Notes: generated by a model not told the origin, from the sequence alone. Positions 25,106 through 38,870 are shown, counted from the first letter of the stretch. The stretch is DNA of 64,000 nucleotides from Takakia lepidozioides (GCA_030704615.1 CM060732.1:74400001-74464000), one strand, 5' to 3'. Made by a program: numbers and translations.

Positions 25106-25746
25106 GGCCTTGGAGTACGGATCTGCAATATGGGTTGATAAATCTAACTTAGAGGCTGTAGTGTCCAAAGCCATGTCTGTTGCCATGAGATTGTCTGATG
25201 AAAATGAAGTTAGGCAGAAAACTTCCCTGAACTTGTTTCTAGTCAGTGACATGGGGGAGGACATCTTGGATGATCTCAAGGGTCTACCCACTCTCGGCAC
25301 TAGACTGAAATTTAAACTCAGGACAGGAAGCCTACCTTTGAACAGCAAACAGAATCAGAGAGGAAAGGGAGAGTGCAATTGCCCGTTGTGTGGGCAATCT
25401 GAAGACAGTACTCATTTTCTGATACACTGTCCGGGGTTCTCTCTTCAAATCTATCAAGGGAATTGTGTCTGTACCTCTGTTTACCAACTTTGAAAGTCTC
25501 AAGGCTGAGCCAAAAACCCAGGCCCTCCTGAGGCCTAGTTATTGGGCAAATCACACACAGCAGATTGATGCTTGTGTAAAGGGATTTCTAGAGGATATCT
25601 GGAAAACCCAGATTAATTCTATATATGAAGGTAAGTCTTACTACCAACGTCAGCCCCTGACAGAGGCAGGTTCCATCCCTTTTGTTTCCGCTCAAACTGG
25701 GCGCGGGGTCAATGGCCACAAGGCTACGACAAACAACGTCTTATGA
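25106..25746 (+). mobile_element. 5'-truncated LINE copy, right piece (3' end with CCHC zinc knuckle)
   Basis: Matches 59850-60792 with a 318-bp internal deletion. Same 3' end AACAACGTCTTATGA. Right TSD TTTTTAACTTTTTCTGCA (25755-25772). Confidence 0.92.
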
Positions 25747-25819
25747 ATATAATTTTTTTAACTTTTTCTGCACCCTCTCTCCCTTGTGGTTTGTTTATTT
25801 TTGTGAGCAGCAAAAAAAA

Positions 25820-25862
<43 letters not shown>

Positions 25863-26153
25863 GGTCAAAGGGACAGAGGGACAGAGAGGGACATAGAGAG
25901 GGAGAGATCAGGAAACCAAAAAAAAAGAAAATGGTGGGGGGGGAGTGATTAAGCCTGTGGTGCTCAGCAGCTGTTGGTGGTGAGTCACTTCCCCCTACCT
26001 TTTTCTTTTCTCTTTGTTGCCCCCTCTCGAGACCCCGAGCACTTGCTGCTCTCAGCCCCCATCATGCTTGCTTTTTTTTTGTTTTTGATCTGGAATGTAG
26101 AGGTTGTTTCCTAATGAAGCCAACTTGTGGGTTTGCATGACAGGTGCCAGCTT

Positions 26154-29100
26154 ATGGGGAAAGAGAAGAAGTCCCCTGCCCCAAAGAAAGGGGCGGAAAA
26201 TCCGTTTGCTCTGCCGGCACGTGTGACGCGCCAGGGCGTCTCACTGTTAACCAGCTGCAGTCGGAGGGCTCGTCTGCCCCCCGAGGCCAGTACCCCCCCT
26301 CTTGTCCACATCTTGGATGCGCTAGGGGCCGGCTCAACCAGCTCTCATATTCGGGAGGTTGTTGCTGAGCCGGATGCTCAGTTGAGCACACCCCCGGCCA
26401 CCAAGACGGGTGAAATGTACCTTGGCAAGCACATCACCCGTTCGGGGGCCCGGTATGGGCAACTTTTGGATGTCACCCCCATAGCGACCCCTTCCTCCGC
26501 AGCAAGGGCTGCACTTGCCAAGACCCAACGTCAGGTTCAAGGGCCTTTGAAAGCCTCCATTGCCAGCCCATTGTTGTCGATGAGGGAGGAGGAGACGAGG
26601 AGGGCCAATGAAGTGGCCAAGATAGCGAAGCGCCTCGAAGAAGTCAAGCCGGGTGAGGGGTGAGGGCTTCTACCTTGCTACGCATTTGGGGGGGGGGGGG
26701 GGGGGGAGAGGAGGAGGTATGGGCCGGTTTGGAGCAGCCTAGCCGATCAGCGACACCGCCCCCTGAGCCTGAGCGGTCAGCAAAGAAGGGCCTGGACTAT
26801 GGGGCGCCGCCGCCGGCTATGCTCCACATCTGGAATCTACTTCTAGTGGCGCTCCAGGAGAGGATAGAGCGGGCATATCCAGCAACGGGGACTCCTGCCA
26901 CATCGGGTGACACCGGGGACGAGTCGGACAAGCTTGCAAAGGTACAACTGTCGCACCTTGTTCCATGATTTATCCTTTCCTTTGCATGCATGATTTTCTT
27001 TGTTGTTTGTTTCTTTTTTGAATTTGGAGGGGTTATTTGTCTTCAGGAGGCAGCAACATGGCTGGCCTCATTGGTGCAGTCCAGTGTGGTTGCCAATGAG
27101 GGAGAGCACGTGGTGTTCATGAAGGACTCGAACACCAAAGGTAAGAAGAAGAGGCCTCGATCTTCGGAGATCCCTTTTACCATCAATGAAGGGGCTGCCA
27201 AGGAGAGAGAGAAAAGGGAGAAGGAGAAGGAGAAGGAGAGAGAGGAAGTAGCGGGGAAGGGAAATGAGATGGTTGTGGAGAAGGGGAAGGAAAAGAAGAA
27301 AAAGAAGAAGAAGTCCCATAGAGAGGAAGGGGTGAGTGTGCATGCGGGGGAGGGCAGTGGGGTAACAAAGGAGCAGGGGAAGGAGGCTACAAAGAAAGGA
27401 GAGGGTGGGAAGAAGAACATGCCCTTGGCGATACAGGACGTGGAGTTGGCAAAGACCGTGGTGCCACCGGTGGAGGTGAATCGTCATGGTGACCCCTGCG
27501 GTGTGTTCTGGGAGGCTATGAAGAAGCCAGCCTTCGAACTCGCATTGAGGTGGTTCCCGTTGCACATCGAGTGGGTTGATCAGCACTTTGGCGCGAAGCG
27601 GGCGTATGCCCGTGAGTTAGATACTACAACAGATCGCGATATTTATGACTGTATATATGACTATTGTACAGTTATAAACGGTACATATGACTTCTATGAC
27701 TGTAAGTCATGCAAACCAAGTCAATACAATGAGTACATGATGGTACGGTCTGGATGACTACAGTCAAATAAACCAAGTGATATCTCTCACTGCAGTCATA
27801 TATATCATACTGCAATCGCCGCTGCCACGCCACGTGGCGAGGCACAATTGATTAAAAAACATAAAGAAAAAGAAAAATATATATTTTCAAAAAAAATTAA
27901 AAAAAAATAAAAAAAATTAAAAAAAAATTAAAAAAATGTCAGACGCCACGTCATACCGCATTGTGCCACGTGGCATAATGCATTTTATAATAACAAAAAA
28001 AAACCACGTGGCAGCCCATCTAAGGTTCCACGTGCTATCCCTAGCTCGCCTACTAACCCCTAGGGCCATCTTATCCATTTGATTGTACTTAGAGGAGTTT
28101 GAACCTCCAACCTCTTTGCTATAAGAGTTATAGTTTACTACCTGCTAACCAATATAACCATTAGTCATTCATGTGATCATATGGTGTTTTAATTGTATTA
28201 TACACACCAAATTATAAAATCCCCAGTAGTCATCATGACTATGTAACCTCATCCATGTACATTGTAGTCATGGAAATGACTATCGGTGGTGAGCTAAATC
28301 TGGTCGATTGTCGTTGACCAGCCTTTCGTCCATTCCGGAGCCATGTAGTCATACAGACGACTACTTAGATAGTACTTAGATAGTCGTTTATATGACTACA
28401 GTCGTATGAACGACTACGGGAGGTCAATTTTATATAAAAACATGGTGTAGTCATGGTCAAAGTCAAGAAAACCATGACTACCACGGTTTGGCAGTCATAA
28501 TTACCGCGATCTGTTGTAGTGAGACCGCCGGTTTCCGCGCAATTGGAGTGACACAAGGGTGATGGAGATGGTGGGGCGAAACTTGAAGGACAAGAGGTAC
28601 CGTGCCAGACAGATCATTCGGAGGGCAATGGAAAAGGGGGCCATACCCAAACCACCTTATGGAATTACATAGGTTGGCAAATCATGAATCATGTCACCTT
28701 CCATTTGTCGCATGTGCATTAATGAGGTGGATTCGATGCAACGTATATGTGTAATTCACTAATTGTTTGGGGGGGGGGGGGGGGGGCATAGGTATCGTGG
28801 GATGCACTCATTGCGGGAGAGACTGATGCCGCAAACAAGGCCAAATTTGACCGGGCACGCGAAGCAACAATAGTCAAGCACGAATCCACACACAAGTGGG
28901 GCACCGGCGGATCCAAGGGTTTTATCTTGCGATTTGTAAGTCGTACTTCCCTATGGATTTTGTTATGTCTTCTTTCTGGCTCCATCATCGCGAAGAACTG
29001 ACTTTAATTTGTGGCATGTGTAGCAACGCGCGTTTGAGAGGAAGCCATCTCCGGTAAAGTACAACTACGCCAAGGAGCATGGTTGGCAATCCCTCATGAA

Positions 29101-29305
29101 GAACATGGCCAACACGGAGGGGATGAGTGCACTATAGGACACTAGTATGGATGAGGTCGGGGGTCATGGCCAGGGATTGGATGAGAGCTCTGTGGGACTT
29201 GGGGGAACGCCACCTCATTTAGGTGCTCTGGCAAAGGGCGCGGAGTCATCAGGCTCATCGGATAGCTCTGAGTCCTCCACTAAGGATGAGGATGAGGATG
29301 ACTAG
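26154..29305 (+). pseudogene. CACTA (En/Spm) TnpA-like / Ptta-type accessory gene, intron-containing, interrupted by a MITE
   Basis: GT-AG introns 26942-27046, 28673-28791 and 28936-29023. Removing the MITE restores the frame ...ARELD|RRFPRNW. Motifs VNRHGDPCG, PKPPYGIT..SWDAL, HKWGTGG, F.RKPS; acidic tail. Confidence 0.7.
27622..28521. mobile_element. Non-autonomous CACTA element (900 bp)
   Basis: TIRs (C/T)ACTACAACAGATCGCG, 3-bp TSD AGA (27619-27621, 28522-28524), ATGACT/AGTCAT subterminal repeats. Confidence 0.95.
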
Positions 29306-29559
29306 TCCTAGTCCATGTAGGTCCCAGGGTCAGCCTACTGAACCCTTGTAAGCTTTTCAACTCATTTCCTGTAAATATATTTCCATCTTTCCATCTTCCA
29401 TCTTATTCATGTGTCGCATCGTCCTCACCCTCGATTCATGCTTGCTCAATTATGTACCTGCTAAATCAGAGAAATGGAACTGTAAGGTCTCCCATCCCCA
29501 AAAACAAAACCAGACAAAAAACAAAAAACCACCCCCAATTCACCCCCAAAATCAACCCC

Positions 29560-30273
29560 CAACCCCCCCCCACCAGGCTGCCCTCGCGACTGCAGGACAT
29601 CGCCAATGGCGACGTGCTTTTTGGGCGGGGGTCGCAAGCCGCGACGGCCGGGCGTCGCAAAACCCATTTGCGGGCGGCAACGCCCGACACCCCCTGCGAC
29701 GTGTTTTTTGGACCGGGGGTCGCAATCCGCAACGCCCTGGCGTCGCTGAGCCCGCCACCCTGCCTGCGTCACGTCTGTTTTTTTAAATTAAATATATAAA
29801 AAAAGCGACGCCAGAGCGTCGCGAAAACCCACGCCCGGGCGTGGCGGAGCCCAACTCCTGCTCCTGTTGTTTTTTTTGCCACGCCCAATAGTCGCTTGGC
29901 ATACCACCCGGCTTACGCCACGTGTTTTTGGGTTTTAGGATGGGACTCCCGGGCAGGTTACAAAAAAAAAAAGGATGCGACGCCGTGCCGGCGCCCCCAA
30001 CAACGTCGTTGGCTGGAGGGCCACGACGGCGAGATGTCGCTCGACGGAGGCCCTTGCCACCGGCGCGGACGACCTGAAAAGCGACGTCAGTCGCGGGAGT
30101 TGGGGCGGGGGCTCGCGACCCCCATACGTCGCATTTTTGTGACGTCATTTTGGCGACGCCCATGCGACTGCCGGGCGTCGCAAATTCTGCGCCCGCCGCG
30201 TGCTCGAAAAGGGCGTTTTCCCGACGTTGCGGCGTGGCTCGGGCGTCGCAAAGGCCCCCCTTTTCCTGTAGTG
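29560..30273 (+). mobile_element. CACTA right terminus with GC-rich GCGAC/GTCGC subterminal repeats
   Basis: Ends TTTTCCTGTAGTG (reverse complement CACTACAGG) at 30273, downstream of the TnpA-like gene. Matching left end not found. Confidence 0.85.
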
Positions 30274-30389
30274 TATAGTTATCTCAGTTATTCCTAGAAT
30301 AGACTTTGAGTATAAATAGGGAGACCTCGGAGGGTGGATACACAGCATGTTGTGGTCCTGTGGTTGGGTGAAGAGTTCTCAGTGATGAA

Positions 30390-30582
30390 TCTTTCGAGAT
30401 ATCATGTTTCAACAAAGTCAAGTCATTAGAGACCGAGGATCAGATCATCAACATACACTATTATGATCCCATAACCACTATCTCAAACTCCTTTGAGATA
30501 TCACTATGTATGTATTTTAACAGAGCCAAGTCATTAGAGACCAATATCAGATCATCAACATACAATGTTATGATCACACAAG
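30390..30582 (+). repeat. ~105-110-bp tandem duplication
   Basis: GAGATATCA...AAGTCATTAGAGACC...CAGATCATCAACATACA..TTATGATC occurs twice. Confidence 0.75.
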
Positions 30583-30599
30583 AGTTTAATATAATCAGC

Positions 30600-31435
30600 A
30601 AAGCTCTTCTCAAACTCTCAGCAAATGAAATATGCATCAATCTTGTCAGTCTACGCCCTAGGGGATTGCTTCAACACATACAATGACTTTAGCTATAGAC
30701 CATCATCTTTATTCTTTTTACTGCAAATCATTCTGACTGGTCCATGTATATTGTTCTATAAGATCTCTATTGAGAAAGGCTGTACATACATCCATCTGAT
30801 GTACCTCAAGATTTTTCAGCGGCAACACTCCCTTAGCCCTGGGTAGACGGCCTTGGTACAAGCATAACCCTGAGTTTTAAAGAAACTCCCTTCTTGGAAT
30901 AAGTCCCCTATTTGCAGTCTTGCCCTGTGCTCCTCCACATGCACCTGACCTGATGGCAATTCAAACAATTGTTGTAGGTATAGGGGAGTAATTTCTAATT
31001 CAACTCCCTTCACCGTTGTTGCTCCTGTCCTAGGCTCAAAGTTCTGCAAGAATTGTAACATGCACTGCCTATGGTGCAATGTCCAATCTTTGCTTTGCAA
31101 TCCTTCTAATCGCAGCTCCTTCAGTAACTGTACCGCCTATGGAGTAGCAATCGTTTGTTTCTGCAGGATTGTGGTGCTCTTCACCCTGATTTCTTCCATT
31201 CCTCTCACTCTCTTCATTCTAGACCCACATAAAGGTTTTGATTGTAACAATTGAAGAAATGCCTGCAGGGCACAAAGCATAAACGTATAGTTGCCACAAA
31301 ATGCTATGGGTAATTTCTTGTAAGCCTGCGGGGCTTGCAAGCATCGATTAAGAGAAAAGATCCACTCTGTTCTTCCGTCCCTATGCCACTGCGTAAGTAA
31401 TATTGCGAGCGTATAGTCTGTTAGTTCCTCCATAG
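30600..31435 (-). pseudogene. Extra (post-pol) ORF typical of non-chromovirus Ty3 elements, disrupted
   Basis: QFLQNF...TVKGVELEITPLYLQQLFELPSG resembles the V.G..I.IT...I...F.LP..G pattern of plant transposon-associated accessory ORFs. Confidence 0.5.
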
Positions 31436-31924
31436 CTTCAAAGCTATAGCATTGATGGTTTGTCCCGTCGAGACGCCCGTTACTTGGAACGACGCCGACT
31501 CTTGCGCTTAAAATCCCTCCAATTTCTTGATCCTGCTTCTCGCTTTCGATTGGCTGTAACCGCTGTGACTGGATTTTAGATTTAATTTTCTTTAGTGGAC
31601 TTTCCCTGCTGGACTGTCCACTAGGATAACACATGTGACAAGAATTTTGCTTTTCTGTACTTGCCGTTTGTTCCGTTGCCCTTTTTCCGTATTCATTAAT
31701 GGGCCCGCCATTCATCCGAATTGACGTGCTAAGTAGGTACTTTGACGGCCATTCTTGTCCTCTTTCTTGATGATACCTGTTCTTGCACTTCCTTCTCAGC
31801 TGTGTGTCGCGCCCTGACTTCCACGTGTCCCTTTCTAAACTGACTTCCGTCCTTTCTTCCACCGGCCATTTCCCTGAAGTTATCCTGCGTCCACCTGTCA
31901 CTGATTCTATGGATTGTATAACCC

Positions 31925-32172
31925 TAGTAGGCTGTGTTGAGCTGTGACAGGCTATGTCATACTGTGGTGGGCTGTGATAGGCTGTGTGACACTGTGGTAA
32001 GTTGTGATAGGCTGTGACACGTTGTGGTAGGTTGTGATAGGCTGTATTGCGCCGTGCTGGGCTGTGATATGTTGTGTCGCGCCGTGTTGGGCTATGATAG
32101 GCTGTGTTGCGCCGTTCTGGGCTGTGATGGGCTGTGTCGCGCCGGTATGGGCTGTGATAGGCTGTGTCGCGC
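31925..32172. repeat. 30-bp tandem array built from 10-bp GCTGTG subunits
   Basis: About eight GCTGTGATAG-GCTGTGTCGC-GCCG.. units; a related array lies at 39531-39690. Confidence 0.9.
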
Positions 32173-32309
32173 TTGTTTTGCCCGCCCTGGTCATATATGC
32201 TCGGCCTAGCGACAAGTGCTCCATACTCCGTTGGTATCACTGGCGCAGCCCTGTGACTGCTTTTGCGTTTCAACATGCAAATCATGCTGCAATGGTTTGT
32301 CATGGATAC

Positions 32310-35300
32310 CACTGTACCCCTTCAACTTATTGGCATTGACTCTTCCCAGCATCTCTTTGTTAATGGTTTGTAACATGGCGGTGTTGTTATCATACATCTT
32401 CTGTATGACATAAGGTCTTTTCCACGGTGATTTAAGCTTAGAAGCTTTAATCTTTCCCTTCTTCTGCAACCAGAGAACCAAATCTCCCGTCTTAAAAGTC
32501 TTTATCTTGCCTTCATCAAACTGTTCCTTTCTCTTCATCTGAATTCTGGTCATGTTATCAGCTGCATCAGCATGTACTTCTTCCACATGGTATAATTCAT
32601 GTTTCCTGACCTTAATTGAATCTTGCAATTCCATTCTCTTTCCCCATTCTGTTCTCATGGTAGGTAACAAGATTTCCACTGGAAGTAAAGCTTCCATACC
32701 ATAAACTAATTGGAATGGTGTATACTTAGTGGTGACTTTATATGAAGTCCTGTATGACCACAAAGCTATCAGCAGCTTTGTATCCCAATCCGTTCTAAGA
32801 TAGTACATAGTATTTTGTTGATAGCCTCTGCCTGCCCATTACCCTGTGGGTAATATGTTGTATTCTTCCTATGCACAATCATGAACTCTTTAGTCAATAA
32901 TTCAATGGTCTCATTAATGAAGTGACTTCCCTGATCACTGATAAATTCCAAGGGACAGCCAAATCGTGTAAGTATGTTCTCATACATGAACCTTGCTGTG
33001 GACTTGGCTGTGTTGTCCCTCAAAGCTTTAGCTTCCACCCACTTCGTAGTATAATCAGTGGCTGTAATTATGTACCTGTTCTGTGTATTCTTGGCTGGTG
33101 GGTTAATTGGTCCAACAAAGTCTAGTCCCCATTTCTGAAATGGTTCCGTAGGCATTGTAGGATGCAACGCCATCTTCCCAGATCTCTGCAAAGGTCCTAG
33201 CCTCTGACATTCATCACAACTCTGACAATACTTGTGTACATCTTTGAACAAAGTAGGCCACCAGTAACCTGCATGTAGTATTTTCCTGCTGGTAGTCTCT
33301 TCTCCAAAATGACCTCCTGCCACTCCTTTATGAACTTCCTCCAAAACTTTATTAACTTCATGGTGGTATAAGCATCGCTTCAGCACTCCCTCTGGTCCTA
33401 GCTTATACATTCTGCTCCCTACCATAGTGTAAGGTAGAGCCTTGATAGCAATTCTCTTTCTCTGCTCCTTTCCATAACTTGGTGGGCACTGACCATGAGC
33501 AAGGTAGTATCTGATTGGCCACTGCCAATCTAACCAGTCATCTGCACTTCCGTGCACCTCCACTGCAAATAGACTCGCATCTGGTAATTGATCATCTACT
33601 CCCGTGGCTGGTTCTCCTGTTGATAACCGTGACAAGTGATCCGCCACAAGATGCAGCCTCCCAGGCTTGTAAACAACCTCGAACTCAAACTCGTGCAAGA
33701 TTATCAACCATCTTGCTATTCTTCCGCTTATTAGAGGTTTGTTTACCAAGTATATCAGAGCCTGGTGATCCACATAGAACATAAACTTCTTGCCCAACAG
33801 GTAATGCCTGAATTTCTTCACTGCATAGATCATTGCCAATGCTTCTCTTTCCGTTGTGCTATAATTTCTTTCGGCATTGTTCATCAATCGGCTAGCATAG
33901 TACACAGGTGAATCTATCCTTCCTATAACATTTTGGGCTAACACTGCTTCTAGTGCTTCTCCAGAAGCATCACAGTGAACATGAAATATTTCCTGTCAGT
34001 GAGGATTAATCAGCACAGGTGTAGTTGTTACTGACAATATAAGTTCCTCAAAAGCATGTTGACATTCAGGTGTCCATTTCATGAGTATCTGGATCATTTC
34101 ATGCAGGTGTTCTTGGATGATTTCAGTGTGTACAGCTCTAAGAATGAGCACTTGCATAAATTGGAGTTATGTCTGGCCAGATGCAGGATGAGAGGTCTGG
34201 GCCTGAATCCAGAGAAGTGTACTTTCTGTGTGAACTCAGGGGTGCTTCTGGGACACATTGTGTGTAAGAGGGGACTTCTTGTGGATCCCAGGAAAATAGA
34301 GGCCATTAAAGCCTCTCCACCACCAGTGAATGTTAAGAGTCTAAGGAGATTCCTTGGACAAACCAGCTATTACAGAAGATTTGTCAGACGGTATGCACAG
34401 ATAGCAGCACCATTGAGCAAACTTCTGAAGAAAGATGCAGTTCACTTATCACTCTCTGAAAGGTTGTTGGTGCATTACAAAGTCCAAAGGGCATGACTTT
34501 GTATGCATAAGCACCCCAGTCTGTGATGAAAGCTGTCTTTCCTTGGTCTTTTTCTGCCACTTGCACTTGATTATAACCACTGAAGCCATCCATGAATGAG
34601 TACATCTCATGGCCTGCCCCAGTGTCCAATACTGCTTCTGTGAATGGCAAAGGGAAAGGATCTTTCTTCGTACAAGCATTCAGCTTCTTGTAGTTCACAC
34701 AAACTCTTAGTTTACCATTCTTCTTAGGAACTATCACAATGGGTGACAACCAAGTTGTATACTCTATTGGGTATATAAACTTAGCCTCAGCCAACTTCTT
34801 GATCTCTTCTCCAACCTTCTGTGCATAGTTGGGATTCATTCTGTACCTTGCCTGCTTGATTGGTGCTGATCCTGGTTCCAGTTAAATCTTATGCTGACAG
34901 ATTTCAGGTGGTATCCCTTTTAGATCCTCATAGCTCCAAGCAAATACATATCTGTATTTGATGAACAAACTCTTAGCTTCTTCAAAGAATTCTGGCTCCA
35001 ATTCAGCTCCTACCTTCACCATCCTCGGTTCCTCTTCAGTTCCCACATTCACTTCCCTCACCTGCTCATCAGCTGTGATTGTCCAACCAGTCACCATTTC
35101 ATCCTGTAAACTCACAGTGGCTGGTTCCTCTAGGATTTCCATTTCTCCTTCTCTTTCTTCATAAAAATGTGATGGGTAACTGCTGGTTTCCTCTTCAATT
35201 GGTGTTGCTGACACTACACCACAGCATATACCTCTTAAACAAGTTAGGCCTTCCAGCCGCATCTCTGCACCCTGCTCCCACTCTGGGTGTGCAGCAAATA

Positions 35301-38279
35301 GGGTAGCTTCCTGCTCCTCATCCAGTCCTCCTCTCCCGTCATACTCTCTGACCCCTCGAGGTCTTCTCGTAGCAGGTAATCTACTAGATTTCTTTGTGGT
35401 AATTTGTATCTCGTGCATCCCATTATGCACGGTTAGTAACTGAGAATTCCAGTCATGGAATATCCTGGCCTGTTTCAGCCACGGACGTCCCAATAATAAG
35501 GAGTAAGCCTCCATGACTTCATCCATCTTCAACACAGTTACTGTGATCATAAAGATCATCTTTTGTATCTGTATCTTAACTCCTCTTATCAATCCCAATG
35601 GCTGTACACTCCTTTGATCTGCCATTGTTACTGTAAATGGGGCTGGTTTCATGTTACTTAGACCAAGCTTCTTTCTTAATTGGTCTGTCATGATATTTAC
35701 TCCAGAGCCTCCATCTATCAGTACATCAGTTAGTTCTGTTCTTCCAATTCTCAATTGGATTACTGGCATAGAATCATCAAAGTCCATGACTGTTTCTCGT
35801 CCTTCCGGCTTCACATTATAACTGGTCACCTTGCTGTTCAGGTCTGTGTTTCCTCTCTCCTGGGCAATTCGATTGATTGCTTGATACAGCCTGTGTCTAC
35901 AATAAGGTGCCATAGCCAATAGCTGTCCAATGGTAATCTCCGCTTTGGTCTGGCATATTACTTCAGCCAAAGTCCCTTCATTACTTTGCATGTCTGCAGC
36001 TTCTTTCTTCCTTTCATCCTCACTCACTTCTTCTTCTCCATCAGAATCAGAGGAATCTGCCACAGGAATATCAGTACTCTTCTGCATTTCCCTTATGGTA
36101 TCTGTCACTTCCTTGTGCAGTTCCTTCTCATCTCTCCAAGCCTCATCATCTTCAGGCATATCACTGCCACCTTCATTATCATCATCTTCCTCAACTACTG
36201 GAGGTATTTGTTTGGCTTTGCTTCTTGTTACTATCATTGTACTTACTTCTGGTACAACACATGGCCTAACCATGTGAGCTGCCACCATTGGGCCCTCATT
36301 CACAGGAGCTCTCATCTCATTCCGGTGTCTAATCCAGAATGAACAGGCTGCCTTGCGATGTCCTGGCTGATTACAATAGTAACACAGTTCTTCACCATTG
36401 GGTCCTCGCCCTTGGTCTGCTCTTGGATTATTTCTGTAATCCTGATTCCCAGGCTGGTAATTCCCCCTTGGATTACCCTGATAGTTGCCTCTGGAATTTC
36501 CTTGGTAATTCCCTCTTGAATTACCTCTCCCTTCCATGCCATTGTTATAACCACCAGACCTACCATAGTGGTCCTGATCATTGTTTCTTCTTGGCTGGGG
36601 CTGCACCTGATGCACCCTTACTTGCCTAGGTTCTCTTGCAGCTGTCCTTCTGTTGTAGTAACAATTCTCAGTAGAATGGTTATCCATTTTACAGATAGTA
36701 CAGTGTTTCTCCTTCATGTGGCATTCAGTGGTGGTATGGCCTTCATTCTGGCACTTTGCACACCATACACCCTTCCTCCAATGTGTTGCAGCCTCTGTGG
36801 CATACTTCTTCAAGATTTCTTCTAATCTTTTCTCATAGTTATCCCTCTTCAACTTCTCCTTTTCTTACTCTTCCTTTTTAGTTCTTGCTCTTCTTCTTCA
36901 TCTGACTCATCCTCAGAGTCCTCATCATCCCTTTTCTCTCTCCTGAGCATTCCCAATTGCTCAATTCTGTTTGCAGTTTCAAATGCCTCCTCCACTGTAT
37001 TATGGGGTAACATATCCACTTTCTTTTGCAACTTTGGTCTTAGTCCACTCACAAACCAAGTCTTCTGTAAACCTGGTGCTGATACAACAGCCAGCTTTTT
37101 CATCATCAATTCCATCTTTTCCATATACTCCTCAACAGTTTCATGCTTCTTTTGCTTTAACTGTTGTAAACTTCCATACACTTCATCCTCAGTTTTACTT
37201 GTCCTGAACCTATTTCGGAATGTTGTATTCAAGCCATTCCAGGTTAGGAAATGATTATCAGGGAATCTTGCATACCATTCACTTGCTTTCTTGATAAGTG
37301 AACAAGAAAACAATCTCATCTTGGCATCATCGCCATTCACATTGTTCACTATACACATGTGCTCAAATTGGCTAATGTGTACATCGGGATCCCCTTTTCC
37401 TGAATATATTGGAAAAGGTGGTTTTGCCCGTGTTGGTTGTAACGCCATCTGTGGCCCTACCTTCTGCCCACTGACAGGTGTTGGCACCCTTGCTGGTGCT
37501 GGTCCTTCAAGACCTATTGTTGTTGTGGTGGATCTTCCACCAAGTGGTGGCTCTTGAGCACTTTCTGCTACTGGCCCCACAATATTCACAGTATTCCCAG
37601 CTCTAGTTGCACTACTTCCCACACTCCCTGTCCCTCCAGAGCCAGATCCAGGCAGCCCGCCTGATCCCCCTGAGCCGACACCTTCGTTGGCCTGTGATCC
37701 AAGTGCTCCACTTGATCCAGGTCCAACGGGTTGGGATGTCCTGGTTGTAGTCTCAACCTCAGCTATTGGGTCTACTTCTTCATACTCTTCCTCTTCCAAT
37801 TTCTTCTCTCTATTTTCATCCTCCAAGTTCTGCCCTTGGGTTTCTTCTTCACTCATGTAACTCAACTGTAATGGTGTTGGAGAGTCTGAACTCTCCGTTG
37901 GCTCTGCCACATCCTCTCCTCCTTCTTCAGCCTCCACTTCAGAAGCTGGAGTTCCTGCTTTTGGTGTTCCATGCCAACTCTTATCAAAGATTTCTGTCAA
38001 ATCTTTTATCCAGGGATGTACCTCAGATCTTTCACCTCGTGATTGATCTTCTTCCCGTACCAATTCCCTTAATCTTTCTTGCAAAGAAAAAGAAGGAGTG
38101 GCATCCAACTCTAGTTCTTCCGGTATGGGTGATGTACTCCCTGATCTTACTGGTGTGAGAGGTGCAGATGATTCCCCTATGTCTATTCCTCTCTCCCAAA
38201 GATATGGATAATTAGCTTTCAGATAGCTTTCTCTTTTTGCTGAATATCTCTGGAGTCTAGCTTCTCTTTCATCACTCAT
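32310..38279 (-). pseudogene. gag-pol of element A (frameshift ~36850, stop 34882, internal inversion 34078-34443, deletion ~32790)
   Basis: ORFs 36849-38279, 34882-36852, 34384-34839, 32769-33944, 32206-32808 and the inverted RT segment (FLDD) on the plus strand. Confidence 0.92.
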
Positions 38280-38300
38280 GTCCCATGTCTTTCATTTCTT

Positions 38301-38846
38301 TTAATGTGGCAATAACCAAAACTCTCTTCTGTAATATCTCTCGTATATGCCTGGGTTTCTTTCAAGCTTCAATGCACCCTTGGTTATACTAGAAGTCTCC
38401 GTTACCATATAACCATATGGCAAACAAGTCTGGAAAGCTGTTCTTGGTGTGAGTTTGATCCACAAAATATCCTTTGGAATCCAATTCTTTACCAGTACAA
38501 GCTCTTCATGCATATGAGTATAAACATTCACCTTTCTTTCCTCCCAGCCTTCAAACTCTACTCGCTTAATGGATAGCAATGCTATCACATAAACCAGTGT
38601 TGGTAACCAACGTGCTCTTCCTCTACAGGCCACCTGATAAATCTTTATCACTCCTTTCTCAAGACCCCACTCAGGGTCAGCATCATGCACTCTCTTAAGA
38701 ATGTTTTCTTTACAACCGTCTGGCAATTCCAAGAACCTCTGAAAGAATTGTTTGGACAATCTTTCCTTCTCAGTTTCACAAGGAATTTGATTCACATCAA
38801 ATTCTTTAATTCTCCAACCACCATGATCCCACCAGATGCCTGTCAC
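38301..38846 (-). CDS. ORF0, unknown ~181-aa protein between PBS and gag of element A
   Basis: Uninterrupted frame. GTG at 38846 aligns with the ATG of the homologous ORF in element B. Confidence 0.7.
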   Translation of the reverse strand: MTGIWWDHGGWRIKEFDVNQIPCETEKERLSKQFFQRFLELPDGCKENILKRVHDADPEWGLEKGVIKIYQVACRGRARWLPTLVYVIALLSIKRVEFEGWEERKVNVYTHMHEELVLVKNWIPKDILWIKLTPRTAFQTCLPYGYMVTETSSITKGALKLERNPGIYERYYRREFWLLPH

Positions 38847-38870
38847 ATCTGGTTGTTCATGACCCAATTC

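Noticed and set aside
31137-32312. 391-aa ORF as one real protein
   Set aside because: The N-terminal half is read-through of a 30-bp tandem array; only the 3' part joins the accessory ORF.
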